A DNA stretch of 64,000 nt from an uncultured Candidatus Actinomarina sp. (GCA_902626065.1 CACODT010000001.1:221728-285727); one strand, 5' to 3'. Positions 1 to 9,509 are shown, numbered from the stretch's first letter. Made by a program: numbers and translations. The notes: generated by a model not told the origin, from the sequence alone.

Positions 1-485
1 CCAGCAAGTAGAGCAGTGGTTGCTCCATAACTAAAACCCCAGATACCAAAGTTTGCTACTCCTTCATATTCTTTGTAATAATTCATTGTTGAGAAAACAT
101 CGTCAACTTCATCAACTCCAAAAGTAAAATCTCCCGGTCCAGATTTACCATGATTTCTAAAATCTATTGCAATTATAGAGAATCCCAATTTGTTGAATTC
201 TTTAATTTTTAATAACATATCATCATCTGCTTTCTGGCCCCTTAAACCATGCAACATTATCAATGTGACATCTGAATCACTAGGAATCCACCATGAGGAG
301 ATATAAGAATTTGTTGTTTGAATGTTTACCTCACTAAATGAAAGGCCGATATTGTTTGGGTTATTTTCACTTTGTTGATCCCCAATTGTGAAAGCACTGA
401 AAGCAACAACAAAAGAAAGTAAAAAATATAAAAATATAAATATGAATACAGTTATTAAAAATTTCTTATTTTTTATTAATTTCAT
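1..485 (-). CDS. alpha/beta hydrolase, partial (C-terminus lies outside the window)
   Basis: Minus-strand translation from the ATG at 485..483 gives MKLIKNKKFLITVF... (signal-like) ...GIWGFSYGATTALLAG. The G-F-S-Y-G stretch is the GxSxG nucleophile elbow. The ORF runs off the window start. Confidence 0.55.
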   Translation of the reverse strand, partial: MKLIKNKKFLITVFIFIFLYFLLSFVVAFSAFTIGDQQSENNPNNIGLSFSEVNIQTTNSYISSWWIPSDSDVTLIMLHGLRGQKADDDMLLKIKEFNKLGFSIIAIDFRNHGKSGPGDFTFGVDEVDDVFSTMNYYKEYEGVANFGIWGFSYGATTALLA

Positions 486-927
486 TTACAAAACTTTTTT
501 TTATATTCGTTGGAATTTTGAAACCAACCAGCCAAAAACTAAATACACCCGCAAAAAAAATAACAAGTCTTATCTCTAATCTATCGACATACATTGGTGA
601 TATAGGTAACAAGGAAGAACTTACAGTCAACAACATCATGGTTTGTGCATAGATTTTTGTTTTCCTCGTAATCCCTTTACCATTTTTAAAATCAAGAACA
701 TATGGGCCAAATTTTTTGTGTGAAGTAAGCCATAAATACAATCTGTCTGACGAATTTAGAAATAATATTGAAGCCAAGATCATAAATGGAGTAGTGGGCA
801 GACCTGGGATTACTATACCAATTGCACCAAATGAAAAGCTAATTAAGCCAAGTATCATAAAAATAATTTTTTTGATCTTCGATGTCGATTTTTGCATAGG
901 CAATAACAATACAATTTGTGTGTACAA
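466..927 (-). CDS. DUF454/YbaN-family inner membrane protein
   Basis: 153 aa and hydrophobic. It carries the GLPTTPFMILA motif typical of YbaN/DUF454. Confidence 0.5.
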   Translation of the reverse strand: MYTQIVLLLPMQKSTSKIKKIIFMILGLISFSFGAIGIVIPGLPTTPFMILASILFLNSSDRLYLWLTSHKKFGPYVLDFKNGKGITRKTKIYAQTMMLLTVSSSLLPISPMYVDRLEIRLVIFFAGVFSFWLVGFKIPTNIKKSFVNEINKK

Positions 928-965
928 TCATAAATTGTCAGGCTGATTATTGAATAGAAATTGAG

Positions 966-1706
966 TTAAAGAGAATTCACTGAAGTGACATACGAACAAG
1001 TTTCACAATTATCACTACTCTCTGGAATCGTGTCTTGATCAAGTAATTTTTTTATCTCTAAGATTTTTGGCTCTACCCAATCAGTAGACCCTGTGTATTT
1101 CAGAACTAATGTATCAAATTTAAGTTCATTCGAGAAACTACCTACTGTTTTCAACCCATTTGCATAGATAAACCAACTATCATCGGATACTTCAAATCCA
1201 TTCATTTTGAGTAACCATTGGTAGATATCTATCTGTCTTTTATATCCCTCTTTCCAGGGGGTTCCATCATTTAGTGATATCTCACTATTTGTAGATGTTG
1301 ACTTATATTCAACAACGATGAGCTCATCAGTATCTAAATCTATCCATACATCATCAATTGCTCCTGTAATAGTCAGATTTGTCTCTTCATGAAGATAACT
1401 TACACCTTTGAAATTATCTCTCCAGATATCAAGATCCTCATGTGCGAAAGGTATCAAGTTTCTTCCGGTTGATTTCATATACGGATGTGCTGTCTTACTT
1501 TCTCTGTGGTGATCAAACTCTTTTTTTAGCAACTCATCCACCGCGCTGTTCAATGAAAAGCCAGGCATACCTATGTCTTTTACGTTCATTCTTCTATTTA
1601 TATAGAAACATTTATTACATTTCATGAAACTGTCTATGGCACTACGACTTAATCTGAAGTTTTTACCTGGTTCGTATTTGTATGTGTTATTTTTTCTGAA
1701 TGCCAT
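966..1706 (-). CDS. RecB-family (Cas4-like) PD-(D/E)XK nuclease with CxxC...CxxC
   Basis: Nuclease motifs are present: GAIDDVWIDLD, VVEYK (E-x-K) and QIDIYQWLL (QxxxY). There is an N-terminal CNKC and a C-terminal CETC. Confidence 0.5.
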   Translation of the reverse strand: MAFRKNNTYKYEPGKNFRLSRSAIDSFMKCNKCFYINRRMNVKDIGMPGFSLNSAVDELLKKEFDHHRESKTAHPYMKSTGRNLIPFAHEDLDIWRDNFKGVSYLHEETNLTITGAIDDVWIDLDTDELIVVEYKSTSTNSEISLNDGTPWKEGYKRQIDIYQWLLKMNGFEVSDDSWFIYANGLKTVGSFSNELKFDTLVLKYTGSTDWVEPKILEIKKLLDQDTIPESSDNCETCSYVTSVNSL

Positions 1707-1759
1707 ACTCTAATGATAACTTTTTTGGATTAAATTTTTTTTATTGGAAATTTTTTTTA

Positions 1760-2578
1760 TTAAAAATTAAAAATCATATCGGCTGTATAGCCCAATGCTT
1801 CAAGTGCTGGCTTAACCGCCTCTGAATTCATTTTTGGAGGTCCACACAGTAGGATCAATGTATCCTCACTTGGTTCAGGCATCGTACTTTTAATCATTTC
1901 CTGATCAATAAATCCTGTGAATCCCTCCCATTCGTCAGAAGGATTATCAAGCGTATAATTGACCGTAAATCTATCAGAAAAATCAATATCTCTGTTTTCA
2001 AGCTTATTCCTTAAAAGTATGTCTTTCTCCTCTTTGTTTGCAAACAATAAATTGATTTTTGTTGGATCATTTTCGTTCCTGAGAATTGCTCTAATGATTT
2101 GAATCATTGGTGTTATACCGGTACCTCCGGCAATCATTCCTACATTTTTTACTACTCGCTGAATTGTTTCTCCACCTTGTGATTTGAGCTGTTTAATATT
2201 GAAGGCTCCATCTCCCATATACTCCAATCGTCCATTTGGTCCTTTGAAATTGAAACTATCACCAATACTTAATGTATCTATCTTTTGTGACATTTTTCCA
2301 CCCTCAGGAAAGTCAGGATGCATATTGCTTTTATAAACTTTTATGACGAAATCTACAAAACCCTTATCCACATCGGAAGAAACAGGTGTATAAGATCTTG
2401 TTACTTGCTCACCATCGTCATCCTCGAACATTAATGAGATATGTTTACCAGTTGGCAAGCCAAGTACGTCATCTTCATTTGGAAATCCAAATCTATAGCG
2501 ATTCGTATCGTGTGTGACTTCTACTTTCTCGATTAACTCAAGCGAAATAATTTCTTCGGGATTTAAAATTGTTTTCAT
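1760..2578 (-). CDS. cytochrome-b5-reductase-like FAD/NAD(P)-binding oxidoreductase
   Basis: RSYTPVS (RxYS FAD-binding motif), GGTGITP and a CGPPxM C-terminal motif of the FNR/b5R family. Confidence 0.6.
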   Translation of the reverse strand: MKTILNPEEIISLELIEKVEVTHDTNRYRFGFPNEDDVLGLPTGKHISLMFEDDDGEQVTRSYTPVSSDVDKGFVDFVIKVYKSNMHPDFPEGGKMSQKIDTLSIGDSFNFKGPNGRLEYMGDGAFNIKQLKSQGGETIQRVVKNVGMIAGGTGITPMIQIIRAILRNENDPTKINLLFANKEEKDILLRNKLENRDIDFSDRFTVNYTLDNPSDEWEGFTGFIDQEMIKSTMPEPSEDTLILLCGPPKMNSEAVKPALEALGYTADMIFNF

Positions 2579-2721
2579 AAAATAACAGTAACAATCTTAT
2601 TTATTAATAGGAAAAATTTTCACACAAAACACTTTCGACTTGTGGCTCATATAGGCTTAATGACTGCCAAAACTGCCAAAAGTAAATTAGGTCGTCTGAA
2701 AACAACCTGTACAATATATAT

Positions 2722-4563
2722 ATGGATAAAAGAATATCTAAATCATTCAGGGTAATTTTTTCTAGTTTGTACCCAAATTTCAATGAAGAAGAAACAAAAA
2801 ACTCTGAAAAATACTTTAATTTTATTCTTGCAAATTTTCCTGATAGATCAGAAATTATATTGCTTAAAGTAGTCTTTTTTATATTTTCTTTTGGAGTAAG
2901 AAGGGTGTTCATAAAAGACAAAAATATTCCCAGATTTGTTAAAAACCTGCAAAGCTCAAACTTGTCACTGCTCAGAAAACTCGGCTCAGGCATGACAGCA
3001 TTATTTGGATTAAGTACTGCAAGATCTCTAGATGGTGAGGGTTCTGTATATAAACATCTTGATTATCCAATCTATAAAAATACAACAATAGAAAAAAAAG
3101 ATGTATCAATTCCAAAAAGTATTGAGGTAGCAGTGATTGGAAGTGGTTCTGGTGGAGGTGTTGCAGCCAATATTCTCAATGAAAAATATGAAGTAGGTCT
3201 CTTCGAAAAAGGCAGTCACGGAAATGGTAAGACAAACAATGAAACATTTGGATATCACAACTTCTATGACACTAACGGGATACAACAAACCAGAGGATAT
3301 AAAGTCTTACTTTTAGCTGGAATGGGAATTGGTGGAGGTACCAGTGTAAATTGGACAACTTCTCTTCGAACACCTGACAAGATATTAAGTGAATGGGACT
3401 CGCTTACAGGACAAGATAACTATTTCAATTCCAGTGAATTTAAAAGCAGTATGGATCATGTATGTAAAGAATTAAATGTTGATGTAGAAAATAATCGAAT
3501 CCCACAAAAAGAAGAGAAATTGGCTGAGGGATTAGAGCTCAATGATCTAAGTTATAAAATTATCCCAAGAAACACCAGTAATGCAGATTGCACAGAATCT
3601 GGCTTCAGTACCTTTGGTCGTTACGACGAAAGCATCAATTCTACAAACAAAGTTTGGTTTTCAGAAGATAAATTTAATCCCGAGAATATTTTTAGTGATA
3701 CAAATATCAAAAGTCTTGATATATCAAATGGAATAGCAACACACATCAATGTCGAAAACAAAGGTACATTACATAAAGTTGCCGTTGATAAGGTCATTCT
3801 TGCTGCTGGTTCTTTGAATACCCCTAAAATTTTGCTTGATAGTGGATATAGAAATAAACATCTTGGTCATAATTTAAAACTTCATCCTGTTTCAGGGGTC
3901 GCAGGTAAATTCCCAGACGAACAAAAACCCTGGGCAGGAACTATGCAAGGTATTTATTCTGATGATAATTTGTTCATGAAAGACAATTACGGATACCTTT
4001 TGGAAGGACTTCCAATGCATCCAAGCCTCTTCTTCCCATTTTTTCCAAATAATACTGATAAATTTGATGAATTTATTGATAGTTACAATCATTGGTCTGG
4101 AGGTATAGTTCTAACATCAGATACAAGCTCTGGATCGATAATTAATAAGAGCCCCCAACATTTGTGGAATTATAATTTAAACGATTTTGATCACAGAAAT
4201 TTGATGCATGGAATTGAAAATCTTGTTCGAGCAAATTATTTAGCTGGGGCAGAAGAAATTATGGTTGCTGCATCCCCTACTATGCACTGGAAAAAAGCAT
4301 CGAATGAAGATATCGAAGATTTCATTCTTAATATAAGAGCTATAAAAAATCAGCCTTTTAGAATGCTTCTTGGTTCAGCACATCAAATGGGTACAGCAAG
4401 AATTAATCCTGATCCAAATTTAGGAGTTACTGATATAAATGGAAAAGTACATGGGTTAGAAAATGTTTACGTTGTTGACTCATCCGTATTTCCAAGATGT
4501 TCAGGTGTAAATCCAATGGTGACTATTCAATCAACAAGTCACTTCTTAATGTCTAAATTATAA
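2722..4563 (+). CDS. GMC-family oxidoreductase (alcohol oxidase / choline dehydrogenase-like) with N-terminal extension
   Basis: VAVIGSGSGGGVAAN Rossmann motif, a GMC-like core and a C-terminal substrate-binding domain. The ~130 aa N-terminal extension resembles long-chain alcohol oxidases. Confidence 0.6.
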   Translation: MDKRISKSFRVIFSSLYPNFNEEETKNSEKYFNFILANFPDRSEIILLKVVFFIFSFGVRRVFIKDKNIPRFVKNLQSSNLSLLRKLGSGMTALFGLSTARSLDGEGSVYKHLDYPIYKNTTIEKKDVSIPKSIEVAVIGSGSGGGVAANILNEKYEVGLFEKGSHGNGKTNNETFGYHNFYDTNGIQQTRGYKVLLLAGMGIGGGTSVNWTTSLRTPDKILSEWDSLTGQDNYFNSSEFKSSMDHVCKELNVDVENNRIPQKEEKLAEGLELNDLSYKIIPRNTSNADCTESGFSTFGRYDESINSTNKVWFSEDKFNPENIFSDTNIKSLDISNGIATHINVENKGTLHKVAVDKVILAAGSLNTPKILLDSGYRNKHLGHNLKLHPVSGVAGKFPDEQKPWAGTMQGIYSDDNLFMKDNYGYLLEGLPMHPSLFFPFFPNNTDKFDEFIDSYNHWSGGIVLTSDTSSGSIINKSPQHLWNYNLNDFDHRNLMHGIENLVRANYLAGAEEIMVAASPTMHWKKASNEDIEDFILNIRAIKNQPFRMLLGSAHQMGTARINPDPNLGVTDINGKVHGLENVYVVDSSVFPRCSGVNPMVTIQSTSHFLMSKL

Positions 4564-4564
4564 A

Positions 4565-5068
4565 TTACGGATAATATTTATCAGGTGCAAAATATGAAGC
4601 TGGATCTATTCCTAGATCAATAAATAGAGCACTTGATTCAACGTGGATAGACTCTTTTGATTGGATCACCGATTCGGTATAAACTTTCTTTCCATCAATA
4701 TCTTTTACCCAGGCATAAAGCTCAAACTCTCTTTCAACCGGAGTTGGATTAATGAAATTAACATTTAGGTTTGCAGTAACACATGGCAGGTTATGAGTTA
4801 CTGTCGCATATCCCATCATGTCATCAAGAGCTGCCGAAAGTATTCCTCCATGGACTAAACCTGGACCGCCTTCAAATCGCTTTTCAAATGCATATTTTGC
4901 ATATACTTTTTGATCTTTAATTTTTGGTATTATTTTCATGCTATGAGTATTTCCCGTCCCGCTAACAAATGAGGAGTCTGGGTAAATATCCTGCATGATC
5001 GTACCCTCACTCCAGCCGGAGTTTTCCGAAAGCTCTAAATTTTTACCAGTAATGTATTTATACTTCAT
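4565..5068 (-). CDS. PaaI/hotdog-fold acyl-CoA thioesterase
   Basis: GGPGLVHGGILSAALDD matches the hotdog thioesterase HGG motif. Its start overlaps the stop of the upstream gene (ATGA). Confidence 0.6.
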   Translation of the reverse strand: MKYKYITGKNLELSENSGWSEGTIMQDIYPDSSFVSGTGNTHSMKIIPKIKDQKVYAKYAFEKRFEGGPGLVHGGILSAALDDMMGYATVTHNLPCVTANLNVNFINPTPVEREFELYAWVKDIDGKKVYTESVIQSKESIHVESSALFIDLGIDPASYFAPDKYYP

Positions 5069-5682
5069 GACTTGTCCCTCAACTCTTTACGCAATGACTC
5101 ACTTACAATTGCATTCGTTATATCAGATCTTGTTCTCTCGATGATTGCTCTCGCAGTATCAGCGTAGCGTCTGAGTCCCCCCGTCAACGCATCAGGATAA
5201 TCAAGTTCATTGTAAATATCCATAGAAGATTCCATTATAGCCAAATACTTCTCTCCCTCTTCAATCTCAAGTTTTCTAAGATGATCTAGAACTTTTCTTC
5301 TCCACTCACCTATCGCATCACCAAGTCCCTGTATATAATTTGATGCTGAGACGTTCATTGAAGCAAATTCGAGTAAAGAGTTTGTATTTTCGAATTCGAA
5401 AACTAGAAATGCCTCTATTAGTTCTCTTTCTGAGTCATTCACATAACCTGCAAACCGTAATTCTGGAATATTCTCAAGAGAAGAACGTAAATTTTGATAA
5501 TTTTTATTTGCCTCATCCAAATGCTGTTTTGCTTCGTCGAGATTATTGCGATGAATATTTCTAATAGACTTTGAACAAGCCTTTATAATTTCTCTGGATA
5601 ACTTTAAAGACTGTTCCCTTATATCGTTTAATTTATCAAACTCTTTAATAAGACTATTTGTAATCTGCTCGGGAGTTTTCAA
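5065..5682 (-). CDS. hypothetical alpha-helical protein, possibly translin-like
   Basis: 205 aa. DIREQSLKLSREII...NYIQGLGDAIGEWRRKV is reminiscent of the translin family (YxxGxxDxxGEL pattern), recalled from memory only. Confidence 0.3.
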   Translation of the reverse strand: MKTPEQITNSLIKEFDKLNDIREQSLKLSREIIKACSKSIRNIHRNNLDEAKQHLDEANKNYQNLRSSLENIPELRFAGYVNDSERELIEAFLVFEFENTNSLLEFASMNVSASNYIQGLGDAIGEWRRKVLDHLRKLEIEEGEKYLAIMESSMDIYNELDYPDALTGGLRRYADTARAIIERTRSDITNAIVSESLRKELRDKS

Positions 5683-5685
5683 ACT

Positions 5686-6060
5686 TTAAACAGCTTCTTT
5701 GAAGTAGCTCTGTTCCTCTACTCTGTTTTTTTCCTGGAGACCGACTGTTAAATTGTTTTGTGCCTGCATAGATTTTCTCACCTGAAAAGAAAGAAATGCA
5801 TAAATTCCAAATATGCAATCGAGAATGAGATGAAATATAAATAATGGGACTGACATGGTCTGAATAGATACAAAAAAGGTCGAGACAGCCAGTAATCCTA
5901 TAATCAAGTAGGCTTTTCTCTGTCTGTTAACCATGGAATCATATTCAGGTGAAATAATGTAAGCGTAACTGTTTTGATTTTTAGAAATTTGAATCTCAGG
6001 TAGTATCACTGCCATCGAAAGTGACAAAAGTAAACCTATTAAAACTAATGTTGAACTCAT
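5686..6060 (-). CDS. small integral membrane protein, hypothetical
   Basis: 124 aa with three predicted TM segments and no recognisable motif. Confidence 0.35.
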   Translation of the reverse strand: MSSTLVLIGLLLSLSMAVILPEIQISKNQNSYAYIISPEYDSMVNRQRKAYLIIGLLAVSTFFVSIQTMSVPLFIFHLILDCIFGIYAFLSFQVRKSMQAQNNLTVGLQEKNRVEEQSYFKEAV

Positions 6061-6121
6061 AGCCCTGCCTCAACTCTTCTTAAAAATATACTACAACAAA
6101 TCTAAATTATATTCTTTCGTT

Positions 6122-6721
6122 TCAAAATTTATTCTCATCACCTTTTGATAATCTTGAAAGATTTTCTCTGTGCTGAAAAAAGATTAATAAGAGAATAGAA
6201 ATTTGAATTCCAATAATAAACGTATCTGATGTTTGAAAAATAATCAAAAAAGCCCCAATTGAGCATGTGATTAAACTAGATATCGCTGAAATCCTAAAAA
6301 TGAAGAATATTCCAAAATAAATTAAAACAAACCCAAAAATTAATACAATTTCCCACAAAAGAAAGCCTAAATCTGTGGCTAGAAAGACAATATAACCGAT
6401 AACCATTCCTAGATATGTGGCAACACCCTTTCCACCTCTGAATCTATAGAATATTGGGAAACAATGCCCAATTACTGCCAAAGATGAGTAAAACAACGTT
6501 TGCAGTTCAGCTCCAAAAATCAAAAAGGGAACAAAACCTTTTAATAAATCACCAATCAATACGATTGCAGCGTATTTTTTACCTAATGCTCTTAAAACAT
6601 TTGATGATCCAGGATTCCCACTTCCAATTTCTTTGATGTTTATCTTTTTAAATTTTGCAACAATATATGCAAAATTAATTGAACCTATTAAATAGCTTAT
6701 GATAACCGCAATAATGCTCAT
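6122..6721 (-). CDS. plsY: glycerol-3-phosphate acyltransferase PlsY
   Basis: N-terminal IISYLIGSINFAYIVAK and the GSGNPGSSN motif (GSGNxGxTN consensus). Length ~200 aa. Confidence 0.8.
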   Translation of the reverse strand: MSIIAVIISYLIGSINFAYIVAKFKKINIKEIGSGNPGSSNVLRALGKKYAAIVLIGDLLKGFVPFLIFGAELQTLFYSSLAVIGHCFPIFYRFRGGKGVATYLGMVIGYIVFLATDLGFLLWEIVLIFGFVLIYFGIFFIFRISAISSLITCSIGAFLIIFQTSDTFIIGIQISILLLIFFQHRENLSRLSKGDENKF

Positions 6722-6801
6722 TATTTGATTCTACTTATTTAAATTTAAATAAGTTTTTATTCCATTGAGGTATTTTTTATTTATTGTAAGTATGGGTACA
6801 A

Positions 6802-6951
6802 ATGAATGTAGAAAACTGTTCCAAAAAACGATTTAAATCTGAAAACGAGGCCAGGAAAGAGAGAGGGTGGGCTGAATCGGAGTACAATCAAAAATTCAAT
6901 ATTTATAAATGTGGTGATTGCAACAACTGGCATTTAGCTAGTATAAAATAG
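6802..6951 (+). CDS. small Cys-rich (putative zinc-ribbon) protein, 49 aa
   Basis: MNVENCSKKRFKSENEARKERGWAESEYNQKFNIYKCGDCNNWHLASIK is not in the ORF track (<60 aa). It has a basic N-terminal half and ends one nt before the uppP ATG. Confidence 0.3.
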   Translation: MNVENCSKKRFKSENEARKERGWAESEYNQKFNIYKCGDCNNWHLASIK

Positions 6952-7707
6952 ATGCTTGAATTTTTTACTGGAGTTTTGCAGGGACTGACAGAATTTTTGC
7001 CAATTTCATCGAGTGGGCATCTCGTTATCATTTCATCGATAAGTTCAGACCTTGATTTAAATACAAATGATATAGCATTTTTACATATCGGGACTTTGTT
7101 TTCTATCATATTTTTCTATAGAAAAAGAATTCTTGAAATATTTAGCAACTTTGAAACTTTTACATTTTATTTCAAGATAATTGTGACCGGAATTATCCCA
7201 GCAGTATTTGTAGGATTGTTTACCCCTATTCAAGATATTATTGACGGAAGTCCATACCTTCTCCTCGTAACGGGTATTTCATATTTGTTTTTTTCAATAC
7301 TCTTAATTTTTTCGGAGAGAATAAACAAAAGTGAAAATATCGGTATCAATGAAATTACAATCAAGCAGGCATTTATTATCGGCCTAGCTCAATCAATCGC
7401 ATTACTACCGGGTATTTCACGATCTGGTGTTACTTTATTGATGGCTATCTACTTGGGTGTAAAAAAAGCAGATGCAATATACTATTCTCTCTTACTCGGT
7501 ATCCCAACAATATTTGGGGCGTGGAGCCTAACATTTATAAATCAATCTTTTACGGTTAACGCAGATATTATAATCCCAACAATTGTGGCGATGTTTACCG
7601 GGGTACTTGCGATAAAAGTATTAATAAATTTCACAACTAACTCAAAACTACAATTCTTTGGTTTTTACTGTTTATTACTTTCTGGGTTTTGTTTTTTAGT
7701 TAGTTAA
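6952..7707 (+). CDS. uppP: undecaprenyl-diphosphatase
   Basis: EFLPISSSGHLVI and later PGISRSG motifs of the BacA/UppP family. Confidence 0.85.
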   Translation: MLEFFTGVLQGLTEFLPISSSGHLVIISSISSDLDLNTNDIAFLHIGTLFSIIFFYRKRILEIFSNFETFTFYFKIIVTGIIPAVFVGLFTPIQDIIDGSPYLLLVTGISYLFFSILLIFSERINKSENIGINEITIKQAFIIGLAQSIALLPGISRSGVTLLMAIYLGVKKADAIYYSLLLGIPTIFGAWSLTFINQSFTVNADIIIPTIVAMFTGVLAIKVLINFTTNSKLQFFGFYCLLLSGFCFLVS

Positions 7708-8749
7708 CTTTTAAATTAATCGGTTTTTTCTTTGGAGCAATATTATTTATTGCGTTTACCATTTCTTCGACAATTTTAAAATTACTATCAGATGCAAACT
7801 CAAGAAGTTGACCTGATTCTGAATATTTTGATACAGAATCAAACAGCGGGAGAGCCCCGATAAATTCAACACCCAGGTTTTTTGAAAGTTCTTTACCGCC
7901 ACCTTGTCCAAATGGATAAAGTTTATCTGTTCCATTTTCTAGATAAGACATATTTTCAATGACACCAATTATACTTGAGTTGACTTTCTTTGACATAATT
8001 CCTGCTCTTTCAGCGACCGTGGTTGCATTACTCTGTGGTGTTGTAACAATTATTGTTTCATAAAAATTAAGAAATTGTGAAAGTGATATTGAGACATCCC
8101 CTGTTCCAGGTGGCATATCTATAAGTAAGATATCTATATCTTGCCAGAGCACTTCATACAAAAACTGCTCAATAGCCTTATGTAGCATTGGTCCTCTCCA
8201 AATTACTGCTTCATCCTGCTTTACAAAGTATTCCATTGAGATGACACTTAAATCATTTATTTTTGAGGGAAAGATCCTGTTATTAAACGGTATCGGAGGG
8301 AATTTTGCACCAAGCATTTTTGGTATTGAGTAGCCCCATATATCAGCATCAAGAATACCTACTCTTTTACCTTCTTTGGCAAATGCCATACCAAGTAAAG
8401 AAGAGATTGTAGACTTTCCAACGCCTCCTTTTCCAGATGAGATACCAATGATTCTTTTTCCAACATTAAAGTCTTTTTTTGTATCATCAACTGATAAATC
8501 TGCTTTAACAAGTTTTGAAGCTAAATCTATATCAGTTGTTGTTGGTTCAATAAATTCTACCGACATTTTGCTGTCAACAACTTTTACCAATTCATCAATA
8601 GCTGAGCGAACCCAATCTATATTGAAATAATCCAATATCTCTAATTTATTATCATCAACTAAATTCGAGCACTCAAGGTCCTTAAATGTTTTATTAAAAC
8701 CTGGATAATATATATTTTCAAATTCCATACTTATGTATTGTATGTTCAA
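7700..8749 (-). CDS. apbC: Mrp/ApbC iron-sulfur cluster carrier ATPase (N-terminal DUF59)
   Basis: GKGGVGKST Walker A, DMPPGTGD and a CxxC region. The N-terminal ~90 aa is a DUF59-like domain. Confidence 0.85.
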   Translation of the reverse strand: MNIQYISMEFENIYYPGFNKTFKDLECSNLVDDNKLEILDYFNIDWVRSAIDELVKVVDSKMSVEFIEPTTTDIDLASKLVKADLSVDDTKKDFNVGKRIIGISSGKGGVGKSTISSLLGMAFAKEGKRVGILDADIWGYSIPKMLGAKFPPIPFNNRIFPSKINDLSVISMEYFVKQDEAVIWRGPMLHKAIEQFLYEVLWQDIDILLIDMPPGTGDVSISLSQFLNFYETIIVTTPQSNATTVAERAGIMSKKVNSSIIGVIENMSYLENGTDKLYPFGQGGGKELSKNLGVEFIGALPLFDSVSKYSESGQLLEFASDSNFKIVEEMVNAINNIAPKKKPINLKVN

Positions 8750-8769
8750 TACTTTATTAAATTAAACTT

Positions 8770-9261
8770 ATGTTGAAAAGAAATTTTATTCTATTGTCAC
8801 TAGTAGCAATTGTATTGATAATTTTCACAAGTTTTGATGATGAGGTAGTTGATGTTGATCCACTACCTAGCAATAAAAATACAGACCTATCAATAATTTC
8901 TGAAATTATTGGGCCAGAACTTTCTTTAAGTGGAAAAAATTATGTAATCGTTAACCTTTGGGCTACATGGTGTACTCCTTGTATTGAAGAGGTAGGTTAT
9001 TTACAACAATTAAGCGGTTTAGAAGACTTTATTGTAATTGGACTCTTGGTCGATGATTCTGAGTCAAATGGATTGGAATTTATAGATGAATACAATTTAA
9101 GCTACTTAAACATTTTGTCTGAGGACAAAGTCGAACTCATTATTACTCAATTTTTTTGGAGTGGTCTTCCAACTACATTACTTTTAAATGATGATTTAAT
9201 CGTATTAGAAACATTCAATGGACCTATTACATATGAAATGATTATTGATTATGTCAATTAA
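8770..9261 (+). CDS. TlpA/ResA-like thiol-disulfide oxidoreductase (membrane anchored)
   Basis: N-terminal TM helix and a WATWCTPC thioredoxin active site. Confidence 0.7.
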   Translation: MLKRNFILLSLVAIVLIIFTSFDDEVVDVDPLPSNKNTDLSIISEIIGPELSLSGKNYVIVNLWATWCTPCIEEVGYLQQLSGLEDFIVIGLLVDDSESNGLEFIDEYNLSYLNILSEDKVELIITQFFWSGLPTTLLLNDDLIVLETFNGPITYEMIIDYVN

Positions 9262-9292
9262 TACAAATACAGTTTCCGCTTATAATTAGATT

Positions 9293-9430
9293 ATGGATGT
9301 AATAATTATTTGGAGAATTGTTTTAGTTCTAGGAACCCTTGGTTTCTTGGGAACAATGGGGATATTCACCTTAAAACTTATTGCAGCATCCACCGGAAGA
9401 AAAAGACTCATAGATTTATTTATAAGATAA
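9293..9430 (+). CDS. 45-aa single-TM micro-protein (hypothetical)
   Basis: MDVIIIWRIVLVLGTLGFLGTMGIFTLKLIAASTGRKRLIDLFIR. It lies in the only sizeable gap in this region. No strong SD was seen. Confidence 0.25.
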   Translation: MDVIIIWRIVLVLGTLGFLGTMGIFTLKLIAASTGRKRLIDLFIR

Positions 9431-9432
9431 GT

Positions 9433-9509
9433 TGGTAGCGGGGGTAGGATTTGAACCTACGACCTCTGGGTTATGAGCCCAGCGAGCTACCAGACTGCTC
9501 CACCCCGCG
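9433..9509 (-). tRNA. tRNA-Met (CAU), initiator type
   Basis: Minus strand reads CGCGGGGTGGAGCAGTCTGGTAGCTCGCTGGGCTCATAACCCAGAGGTCGTAGGTTCAAATCCTACCCCCGCTACCA. It has a cloverleaf with a CAU anticodon, an unpaired 1:72 (C:U), three consecutive G-C pairs in the anticodon stem and an encoded CCA. It closely resembles E. coli tRNA-fMet. Confidence 0.85.

Noticed and set aside
2604-2993. 129-aa minus-strand ORF overlapping the start of the GMC oxidoreductase
   Set aside because: It overlaps a longer gene with clear domain support and has no recognisable features. It is likely spurious.
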